NCBI GenBank assembly: GCA_964016885.1
Contig: OZ024740.1
Span: forward strand, 404,674,001 to 404,738,000
Direction of reading: 5' to 3'
Length of the DNA stretch: 64,000 nt
Origin: Eledone cirrhosa
Taxonomy: Eukaryota
Under the pieces are notes generated by a model, which was given only the letters and a program-made list of their open reading frames with translations, was not told where the DNA came from and did no database searches. A program made the position numbers and the translations under genes. Position 1 is the first letter of the stretch. Each line of letters begins with the position of its first letter. Positions 26,201 to 38,200 of this stretch are shown here, piece after piece.

Positions 26201-29200
26201 CCTGTGAAAAGCGGTAAGTGAGATAGCTCTTTCTAATCACAAGCTATTTCGGCGACCGAAAAAAAAAAAAAAAAAAAAAGAAAACACTTGCCGCAAAACA
26301 AATCAGAAGATGGCGACAAGACTACGGATGAACGAAGCTATCAGGGCATTCACTGGGGAAGGTGATGTTGTCGCTTGGCTGTGGAAGGTTTGGCTGGTCG
26401 CAGGCTTGCAGAAGATAGAAGACGTGGCCGGCCTCATGGCATTGTACCTCAAGGGCGACACGCTGGTACTCTTCCTTGAGTTGGACGAGCACAGCCAAAG
26501 AGATGTGCAGAAGATTGAGAGGCATCTGATGGATGCATTCGCCGAGGGACCGTTGGCGGCTTTTGCTAAGCTGGCGAGAATCAGGTGGAATGGTGAGCGC
26601 GTCGACATTTTCGCAGCAGAAATAAGGCGGTTGGCTATGTTGGCCGGTTACCAGGCGGAATGCGAACGCACGGTGCGGTTGGCGTTCATCAATGGATTTC
26701 CGGACGACATAGCGGTGAAACTGCAGCAAGTCCCGGGGTATAAAGAGATGGAAATGCGTTCACTGGTAGAACAAGCCCGGATCATAGCGGAAGATGCCAA
26801 AAAGAGTGTTGCGGCAATAGCGACTACGGAGGCTCAGGACACCTGGCAGCGAAATGGTGAAAGGGAGGCAACCTCGGCACGCAGCCGTCCGCGCAAATTT
26901 AGGGGGCGCTGTTTTAGGTGCCAGGGCCCGCATATGGCTAGAGACTGTAGAGAGTCGAAGCCGGAGATAATTTGCTACCGGTGTAAGCGACCAGGCCACA
27001 TCGCTACTAACTGCGACTAGGGAAACGATCCAAGGGGAACTACTGCGCCGGTAGTTGCCCCTTACGAGTAGCGGCGCTGCCCGTGGTGGAAGTCTTCGTG
27101 AGGGGGAAGCCACAGCGAGCCCTCATGGATACGGGCTGTACGACGACACTGGTGACCCCGGGGGTGGCGCAGAGGTGGGGAGGGAAAAGAAGCGTAAGGG
27201 CAGTCGACGGCAGGAAAATTGAATGCCGAGGTCGCAGCGAGATGGAAATAGCGGTACGGGGAAGGACGATAAGGCTTTCCGCCATCGTGGTAGACAGTGT
27301 GGTGGTGAATAATGTCGGTGTGTCGTTTGGCGCCGCTGCATCGGTATGCGCTGTGAGTGCACGTCATGAGAACCAGAAGGCCCACGAGGAGGAATACCCC
27401 GCTTACACTGTACAGGACAAAGACTTCAAGGCCGTGTCTGATGGGCAGCGATGGGTTGTTGAGTGGTACTGGAAGGGAGAACCACCAACGCTGAAGACCA
27501 AAGTGGGCTGCTATCAACACACGTTGAAGGGAAACGCTAGGAGCGAGTTCGAGCGAGAAGTAGAGAGATGGATCGAAGAGGGCATACTACTTCCCTGGAA
27601 GGAGGAGGTGAAGTGCGGAGTATTGCCGTTGATGGCAGTGGTGCAACCCACGAAGAGCAAGGTAAGGCCGGTGCTGGACTATCGAGAGCTGAACGAGCAC
27701 GTGTCATGCCACACGGGTGGCGAGGTCACGGATGTCTGTGGGGAAACCCTGCGTGAGTGGAGACGCATGACGGGGGGTTCAGCGATCGTGGATCTAAAGT
27801 CGGCTTACTTGCAGTTGCATATAGATGAGAAGCTCTGGCGGTATCAGCTGGTCAGGTATAAGGGCCGGACATATTGCCTGACCAGGCTCGGTTTCAGGCT
27901 GAGCTCCGCACCAAAGATCATGGCGGCGGTCCTCAAGACTGCTCTGGGGAGGACCGACAAGATAAAGAGGGCTACTAACTCCTATATTGACGACATCCTA
28001 GTGGACGAGTCGGTGGTGTCGACGGCGGAGGTCACGAGCGATTTGCGGAGGTATGGACTGACTGCGAAGCCATCAGAAGCATTGGAGGGAGGAGCCGCGC
28101 TGGGACTTAGGCTACGGCGAGATAAGACGGGCGTTTTGGTGTTCCAGAGGGGAAACGAAGTTCCGGAACTGGGCCCAAGTATGAATAGGCGGGAGCTTTT
28201 CTCGGTGTGTGGAAAGCTGGTGGGTCACTACCCGATCGCTGGGTGGCTCCGGACGGCATGCAGCTATGTCAAGAGACGAGCGGGAGGGGTGACTTGGAGT
28301 GACAGAGTGGGAGAGAGAACGGTGGCCATGATGCAGGAGATCGTGGGGAGGGTGAAGGCCGACGACCCAGTGCGGGGACGCTGGTACGTTCCCAAATCAC
28401 GGAGCGGGACCGTATGGTGCGATGCCAGCAGCATAGCGCTGGGTGTCACGCTGGAGATAGGAGGTGTTGAGGTCGAGGATGCAGCCTGGCTTAGAAAGAA
28501 GGACGACTGCAGCCACATCAATGTGGCCGAGCTGGACGCGGTGTTGAGAGGGGTGAACCTCGCCCTGCGGTAGGGGGTGCGCACCATCGAGATACGTACC
28601 GACTCGGCTACTGTACTCGGATGGGTAAGATCAGTGCTCACCAGTGAGAAGAGAGTGCGAACGAGAGGCGCGGCGGAGATGCTGATAAAGCGCCGCCTGG
28701 GAACGTTAGGAGAGCTGGCCACCGAGTTCGACCTGAAGCTGAGCGTAGTGTTCGTGCCCTCAGAGAAAAATAGGGCGGACATCTTAACTAGAGTGAAGAA
28801 AGCCTGGATGGAAGCGCCGGAGGAGGTAGAGGATGAGATAGCTGCTGTGTGTCGGCTGACCGAGTTAGACCTGAAGGGGTTGCATGACATGCACCACATG
28901 GGGGTGGATAGGAGCCTGTTCCTAGCCAGGAGAATCGACTCGGACGTTAGCAGACACAGTGTTCGGGGGGTGGTTAGAGGCTGCGTCCGATGTCAGTCCA
29001 TTGATCCCGCTCCGGGTGTACACAAAACGGGAAGCCTCCCGGTGGATCGCGACTGGAAGCGATTAGCGGTGGATGTGACGCACTACCGGCAGGGAACGTA
29101 CCTCTCGATGGTCGACTGTGGACCAGGTCGAATGGCGATATGGAGGGAGATGAATACTGGAACGGCCGAGGAAATCGTGCGGACGTTGAGAGAGGTGTTC

Positions 29201-32200
29201 TTGGAGCGGGACCCTGTGGATGAACTGCTGATGGACAACAGTGCAGCGTTCCGCTCGGAGGCACTAAGGGAGATGCTCGATGGATGGAAGGTGGACCGTT
29301 TCTTCAGAGCGGCGCACAGGCCGAGCGGGAATGGAATCGTGGAGCGACACAACCGGACGATCAAGGCAATGGCGGAGCGGGGCCATATCTCACCAATGGA
29401 GGCAGTGTTCTGGTACAATATGACCCCTCGGGTTGGACAGGTCGAGGAATCGGTGCCACATAGAGCAGTATTCAAATATTCAAATACGAGTGGCGGCACC
29501 CGTGCACGCCACCACAACGGCCAGTGGGGAGAGAGAGTGCATTCGTGCAGGTGGGCGAAGAAGTCTGGGTTAAGCCCCCAGATGCACGTTGCACATCTCA
29601 ATGGGGAAGGGGAACGGTGACGGCCGTAAATTCAAAGAACAATGTGTCCGTGGACAGGGTACCACGTCATGTCCTGGATGTAAGAAGAATCACTGTGTCG
29701 ACGGACTCCGAGGAAGAGGAAACCCAAGATGAGGTGGAAACCCAGAGCTCTGCCCCAATACTACGAAGATCGCAACGAAGTCGTAGACCACCGACCTGGA
29801 CGGCAGACTTTCATATGCAGAGGGACGAGGGGGAAATTGATCCTTGAGATCAGGGGGCGTGTGGGTATGGTGTGGCGTGCGGTGGCCGGAGGCGGGGGGA
29901 GTGCTCGACCGGAAGGGCCAGCAGAAGGCCTCTCTCTAGTGGTGACCAGCACACGGTGTGGACGTGAGTTTTGGGCAGCTCCCGGTATTAAGCAGTCGGA
30001 AGAGGAGTACCTGCAGTGGAATTTAGCGGCGCCTGTGAAAAGCGGTAAGTGAGATAGCTCTTTCTAACCACACCTAGAACTAAATGTCTTCTATAATCCT
30101 GTAAGTTTATAATACAACAAGCATTTTAAGGCCATCCACTCTACTATTGTAGGAGTTAGCCTTGTGGGCCCCATGACAAGCTTCTCCATTTTGCCTTATC
30201 GTCCGCATCATACTTCACTAAACCCATGGCTTTCATTTCCACTTCCAACATCTTTAGTCATGTCTTTCATTTTTTGTTCCTCAGGGCCCAATGAATGAAT
30301 TCTTGATAACAAATTTTCATCACTCCCCTTACCCAGTCACTTTCATCCCTCTTCAATACATGATCAAACTATCTCATTCCATTTATATTCACAATATTTA
30401 TCAGTTGTTCTATTCCCACCATTCTCCGCAGTTCCCTGTTTGTCGTCCTCTCTTTCTGTGAGTCATTTGGGGAAGCTGAGCCACTGGCAATGATGTTCTT
30501 ATCATTGTTGGCAGCTCACCTTATTAATGTATCAGGTGATGCTCATATGTGTGTTTGGTTATTCCAGAATCTTAACCTTGCTATCGCCCACAGCAATGCT
30601 GCAGGTATTTTGGCTTGCTTCAAGAATTATTAGAAGAAAACTCTAGAGTTCTTTTTACTGGCATGTAATTGAGTGTGTATGTCTTCTCCCAGTTTTTTTC
30701 TTTTCTCTGATGACTGTCTTTCTGCAATTTGTCAATCTTTTGATAATGTATGTAAAAAGACTCGGTAATGGTTTCTACATATTATGATTCTTCATCAATT
30801 TCAACAATGAGTGTTCTACAGGGTTGGATTAAATCTTTTTGAAGTTCTAAGCACTTATGTAGCTTCCTATAAAATGTTGCCTCTCCTCCTTTAAGGCCAT
30901 AAGCCTGTGTTTATTTATAGTGTCAGTGGCAGCTGAATACTCTCCAGAGACTCCCATGTATTTTGTATAAACCTGTAACTCATGATGGAGTCATTCATAG
31001 GATTGCCGTAGCAAAAGTTTAACCCATGCTAGCGTGGAAAATGGACGTTAAACGAAGATGATGATGATGATGACACATACAAAAATAGTATATAAAATAC
31101 ATAATTACATATGAATCAAATAAAGTTATCAAATGACTGAAACTGCCAAAATGGAATATTTTACTCATTTAGAATTTGAAAATATCTTTCATAAGGCAAA
31201 AGTTTAAAAATAAATCTTAACACCACCACCACTACACTTTTTTTTCTTTCTCTCTTTCCACAGTATAACTCAAGTTTTAAAATATAATTCTTCTTTAGTT
31301 CTCTCTCTCTCTCACACACACAGATACACATATATATTCTTACCATCCCTTTTCCACAGTGGGACAGACAAATTACACCACAAATACAACCACTTTAACC
31401 CTTTAGCATTTACATTACTCTATATTTACTATTATATTTTTCACGGTAAACACTTTATTTCACATAATTATCTTACATAATATCGAATCTATGACATTTT
31501 GATATTGTTTATTTTGAGAACAATACGTTAACATAAGTATCAGCTGCCGTTACAGCTGGTTTGAACAGAAAGAGGTGAAAGAACTCTGCCAGATACGGCC
31601 GGTTTAAATGGTAAAGGGTTAATATAATAGATTTTAGATCAATAACTCACATTTCCAATAAACGAAGAACCAGCTATATGACATCTTATAGGTAAGGTGG
31701 GTTCTTCATTTGTATTCTGATATTCCTGAAAGAAAAGAAACTGTATATATGACTCACAAAAGAGCATTTGAACAAGAAGAATATAGATTATAAACCATAA
31801 CTAATTTACATATAATAATAATTATGTAGGTAACACGGTAAAAACCTCCCAGTCCACACTGTAAACGTGGTTGGTGTTAGGAAGGGCATCCAGCCGTAGA
31901 AAACCCGCCAGACAGTCCTGAGCAAGACAGCCAATCTTGCCTCAAGTGGGATAATTCCCGTCCAGACCCATGCTAGCGTGGAAAATGGACGTTAAATGAT
32001 GATGATGATGATGAATAATACCCATACAAGCATGGAAAGTGGACATATGATGTTGATGATGATGATGATGATGTGTGTGTGCGCACATGCATGAATATAA
32101 AAACAGCTATGACCTCAACACCTTTAGGAACAACTTAATTACCACTTTTAGCAAAATAGGACCAAAAATTACAGTATCTAACTTTACTAGTGTCAACTTC

Positions 32201-35200
32201 TTAGACCTGAGTCTGGACCTATGTACACACACACGCACACACATACACACACACATAAACCTTTCCTTAAGCCTAGTGAGAGGCTTAGATATATACATAA
32301 AAACTGTTGCCAACCACCTATAGTCTTTGAAATTCTAGTTAAGAACATTAACAAGTACATATCCAACCTCTCATTAAACAAAACTATCTTTCAAAGGGCA
32401 GCCCCATATTATAACACAGTAAGCAACAGCAGCTTCTCAGAGAAAATTTCCTACTCTTCTGACCACTACTCTAAATCTAACAGGAAAAACAAAATGAGGC
32501 ACAAATCTACTATCTGGTTCTTCCCTACTTCTCCACTTAACATCAAAACTAATGTAGGTAAAACATTTTAACACTTATAGATATACATTTCCCCCTAGGA
32601 CAAAATACCACCATATATATATATATGTATATATATCATCATCATCATTTTACATCCGCTTTTCCCTGCTTGCAAGGGTGGGACTATATATATTGCCTTG
32701 ATCAATCAACAAAAGTAGCTCTCTAAACATCTTCCATCCTATCCTTATTTAGATTATGCTCTTAGATCACCCTCCTCTACTGCTAATTAAGTCACCTAGA
32801 TAGCAGAGGCTATCAACCACTTCCATGGATACTTCATGTGATGTGGAAATGTTTATATCACTGACACCCTCCCTTCGATTACCCCTGGTCATCTTTTACA
32901 AAGTCTTCCCTTCTTGTTAGTCTACCTGACATCTCTTGTGTAAGCAAAATTTTTATTGTGTACATCATATAAAGTTTATGCCCACTGCTTTTCTACATAT
33001 TGAGTAGGGCCACTTCCCAGGGAGAATCAGGGTCCTATCTTCTTTCCTACTTACTAGCATTTTAGTTTTGGCTAAGTTTACTCTCAGCCCTTTTGATTCC
33101 AACTTCTGTTTCCATAGTCAGAACTTATTCTCTATATCTATCATGCTCATCATTATCATCACTATTTTCTATGCTTGCATGCATTAAATAGGTTGTCAGA
33201 GTTTGAATCTAGACTAGTCAAGTGATCATGTTTTCTTCAATCATTCCATTTTTGGTTTGATTTCTACAGTTGGATGCCCTTTCTAACACTAATCACTTTA
33301 TAACATGTACTTAGAACATTTTATCATGGCACAAGCACTACTACCACATTACAAGGTGGGCAAGGCACTTTTTATCGTGGTACCAGCACTATCACTTTAC
33401 AGAATGGTCAGGGTGTATTTTATCATTGTCATCATCATTATTAGATATGTATGTATATATCTATCATCATCATCATCGTTTAACGTCCATCTTCCATGCT
33501 AGCATGGGTTAGACGATTTTGTTCCATTTGATGCGGGAATGGTCGGGAGACCATGCCTTGCTCGCACGGAAGCGTCTCTGGCAAGTTTTTTAGTTGGATG
33601 CCCTTCCTAACACCAACCACATTTACAGTGTGGACTGGGAGCCTTTCCGCCGTGTCTCCTACACGCCACCTTACAGTGTGGACTGTTGTGTCATCGACAC
33701 AGTGGATGGAACAGGAGAGGGAGGATGGGGGAGAGGTGTAGAGGTGGCGTGTACATTGAGTTAAGAGGTGCCTACTGACTAGGTTTGTAAGCAATGGCAG
33801 TCGGATCTTCTGTACAACTGCATGGCACCAAAGGTCTTGATCCAGTGTCATTGTCTTAGAGAGGTGTAGGTGAGCAAGGTCAGTTTTTATCACCTCGTCC
33901 CAATTTTTTTCTTGGTCTATCCATCAATTATCATTGCGCTGGACTTTTTTATACAGCTGTCATCCTTCATACGCATCGCATGTCCATACCAACGCAATCT
34001 CCTCTCCAGAACACAACATTTGATATCTCTTATGCTTAGTCTCCCTCTTAATTCGTTTATGCTTCACCTTTTGTGCACATTACTATTACACATCCATCGG
34101 AGCATGCAAGCTTCATTTCTTTCTAATCTACGCAAGTCTTCAGCACACAATACCCAAGTCTCACTACCATGTAATATTGCCGTTCGTATACATGCATCAT
34201 ACAATCTGCCTTTCATTTTTAGAGAAAAACTCCTTGTGGCCAACAGCGGTATTAGCTCTCTGAACTTTTTCCATCCCGCTCTAACTCTGGCTACTACACT
34301 TTCAGAGCACCCTCCTCCACTGCTGATTTTGTCACCCAGGTGATCAGTAGTCATCACTTCAGTACTGATTTGGTCTATGTAGACCCGTCCAACCCTTGCT
34401 AGCAGGAAAAACAGATATTAAAATGACAATGAAGAAGATATGGTAGGACTTGTATTGGTGGTAGTAGTGTTGATGATGATGATGATCCAATTAAAACAAA
34501 GAATCACAACATGAAGCCGACATTGTAGCAAATCTTAAATTATTTAAAAAATTTTGTAATCAGATATTGTAAAAAAAAAAGAGAGAGAATTTCTTTTGTT
34601 TTTACACTAATTTTTCTCTTCTAAATGGAATCATTTTCCAATAAAACAGGTGTTGATAGACAAATTGTTAAAAATCAATGTATAACAATGTATTGGATTT
34701 CAGACTTTACATAGTATAAAACTGTGAAAACATCTGCATATTTATATTTTTAATTCTTCAGTTTTCCAAGTTATTACAAATCAAAATTATGAAAATTTTC
34801 TTATTGAGTTAGAATATTACAAAAAAACTCAGCTTAGTTGACATTTTCCATTAGAAATTGTTCCTTCAGATATTTAACCCTTTAGCATTTACATTACTCT
34901 ATATTTACTATTATATTTTCATGAGGGTCGGACGCCATGCTTTCCAGCATAGTTACATCCCTTTACGATCTGAGTTCAAATCCCGCCGAGGTTGACTTTG
35001 CCTTTCATCCTTACGGGGTCGATAAAATAAAGTACCAGTAATGTACTGGGTTATTGCTGGCCTTGTGCCTAAAGTAGAAACAATTATATTTTCATTGTAA
35101 AGGGTGTATCTCACATAATTATCTCCCATAATATCGAATCTATGAGATTTTGATATTATTTATTTTGAGAATAATACCTTAACATCAGTATGAGTGGCTG

Positions 35201-38200
35201 CTTGCGGATAGTTTGAACAGAAAGAGGTGAGAGAATTTTGGCCTGGTTTAAATGCTAAAGAGTTAAAAAAAGGTTTCGTTAATGGAAAACTGAAATTTAT
35301 AAAAACAATATGGAAACAATTTATTATTTTTACCTGAGCTTTCTGTTTCTTAGGTGTTTCTTTAATAGGGGTCTGAATAAATCTAATGTCTTCCAGGTCA
35401 TTTGGTGGCTCAAACGTCCCTATGCTCCTCAATGATTCTTCATCTCCAAGATCAGCACTGATTTTTTCAAATGGTATGTTTAAGTAACTAGAAATGACAA
35501 AGTAGAATTATGGTGCAATGTCCACACCAGACCAAGACAGAAAGAAAGATGGAAATAGACAGAGGAACAAAAGAATGACATGATACCAAACCACCTGAAA
35601 CTGCTCCTGGTTTTAAGATACAAAGCTGCTTATTTTTATCCATTAGATACTAAACTGCTTCAAACTGCCCTAGATTTATGATACAAAACTGCTAATTTTA
35701 TTATATTTATCTATATATTAAAACCTTCCATCATAATTTCATTTCAGAAATGTTTATTAAATAATTTTCTAAATATCAGCTTACTAATGAAAAACTGAAT
35801 TATTTTATTAAATTCCTCAAAACTTTTGGTTATTTTCAAAATTAATTGAAACACATAGGCAGTGTATTTCATTAGAAATATAATATTGTTATTTATTAAA
35901 AAAAAACCTATCATAATTTTATGTAAGAATATTTGTTAAGCTATATTCTAAACAACAGATAAATAATGAGAAAGTTAGTTACATTACTAAATTCTTTCAA
36001 ATTCTTGATTATTTAAAACTTGCAGTGGTATGTATGCAATGCCGGCATTGCATGGGATAAGGTATTTTGGAATGCGGGCTGCCAACAGACCTAATCATGG
36101 AAAAACTGCATGCCTGGACAATATGTAAAGAAAATAAACCGAATACTCTGATGGCTGGATAATCTTTAAGATTTTCATCGATGAAGCAGGAAAAATGCAG
36201 GTTTTCACCTAGTGCGGACACTAGGGGATCAAGAAAATGAATTTTTTTGATGTGCATAATATGCCTTTAAATTTCGGGAAAATCGGCTAGACGTAACGCC
36301 TCCAAAAAGCCATAAGAAGCTGAAAAAATGAAGTTTTTCACCTAATGGCCCTAGGCTATAAGAAAGTTGGATTTTCTTTGCTTACGATATGAAGAAGAGA
36401 CTGACTAATGCATAGTTACAATTTCAAGGAAATCGGTCTGACGTAACGCCTCAAAAAAACCCTAAAAAGCTGAAAAAACGCAGTTTTTCACCTAATGCGG
36501 GCCCTATGGGATCAAAAAGTTTAATTTTTTTATGTGCATAACACTCCCTGAAACATAAGTAATACACATGTCAGTTTTATATATATAGATGAATGTAAGA
36601 TTTCTTCTTTAAGATGTAATTATGCTTAGAATGAAAGGATTAAGGCAAAATGTCTCAAAGAAACTTCCAGTTGTCTTCTGCCATAAATATCTATCTCCCT
36701 TCCTCACAGCACAGTCATATTAAATACATCCCAAAACATGGCTCTTTCAGATAATATTTCAAGCCTCTACAAGGCTCAGGTATGACCTACATTAGAGTAC
36801 CACATACATATCTGTGTCTGTGCTACTGTTACACACATGATCATCACAGGCTACATCTAAAAGGTTAGTTGGTTGATTGGCAACAACTCACCAACAGACT
36901 GCATATACTGTTTCTTCTATCTACCTCTACTTGAGACAATACAATATTATCTGCTCCTCTGGACTAGATAACTGCATACCTCCTATACCCAGAGCCACCC
37001 CTTGCAGTCATTATCTCTATTGTGTCCCATTCCCTAGATTCTACACTAAACACCTTTTCTCCAGTCACTCTTCTCAAGAGCTGCAATTTTATGATGGATT
37101 GGCAAAATCGTGAGAGAATAGGACAAATGAGTAGCAGTATTTGTTCCAGCCCTTTGCTTTTTGTGTTCAAATCCCACAGAGGCCAACTTTGCCTTTCATC
37201 TTTCTGAGGTCAGTAAAATGAACCAGTAAAGCACTAGAGTCAATATAATTGACTTGAGCCTAAATTAGAAATCATCCTTTCTTTGCCCATGTTGTTTTCT
37301 GGAGACATCAATTTACAGATGTTTAAATAGAACATGAATTACAAAAGTCATCCTCTAACTGCTGAATATAAAATCAATTTAAAGTGTTTGTCATCATGTT
37401 ATTCATCACTTGCTAGTTGATTTACAACTAGCTACACTAAAGTAAAAGAAACATTCAGTAGGATATCGCTGACAGAATATGAATTATCCATGAACATCCA
37501 CTAGGCCAGGAAGAGGGAACATTTCTAAAATTTAAGGCCACATTGAATTTTAAGTAATAAAGACACATTTAAAAATATTTTATTAAATATATGTACAATG
37601 TAATTTTAAATATTGGCATACAGACATGGGTCCTAGGTGTAGAAGATCTGCAATGATTAAAAAGAAATGGATCATGTATGCTATAATGGATGTGTAATGT
37701 TAGTGTATGTGAATGACAGAGAACAAGTGAGCTCAGTGAAAAGCTGAATATAAGAAAAATAGAGCTGGTATGGTCATGTGATGTGTAAGGAGAGAGAAAT
37801 TTATATTAACAAGTGTCAAATGCGTGAAGTCAGAGCAGTATTTAGAACTTGGTGGGCCTGGGTCACTTCAGGTTGGGTGGCGGCTCATACCCAAAATATT
37901 AAAACACAACAAACTTCTAAGTTTACATTTCAAAGTCGAGTTGGTGCATGTAAGTAAAATTGTCAAGTTATATATATATCATCATCATCATCATCATCAA
38001 CGTTTAACGTCCGTGTTCCACGCTTGCATGGGTTTGGACGGGGGTTTTCTCACTTGAGGCAAGAGTGATTCTCTTGCTCGCATAGGACTGTCTGGTGGGT
38101 TTTCTACAGCAGGATGCCCTTCCTAACACCAACCACATTTACAGTGTGGGTCTGGGAGGTTTTTACCGTGTTGCCTACACGGCCACATTACAGCGTGAAC

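Larger units (their letters stand above)
25987..30072 (+). mobile_element. Full-length compact LTR retrotransposon (Ty3/Gypsy domain order), inactivated copy
   Basis: Direct TG...CA LTRs, 5-bp TSD CCTAG (25982-25986 and 30073-30077), PBS-like cggcgaccg near 26250, purine-rich tract before the 3' LTR, gag and pol motifs. Confidence 0.96.

Noticed and set aside
26303-29601. Long antisense ORFs over the LTR element and LINEs
   Set aside because: Shadow ORFs of GC-rich coding sequence with no independent motifs.
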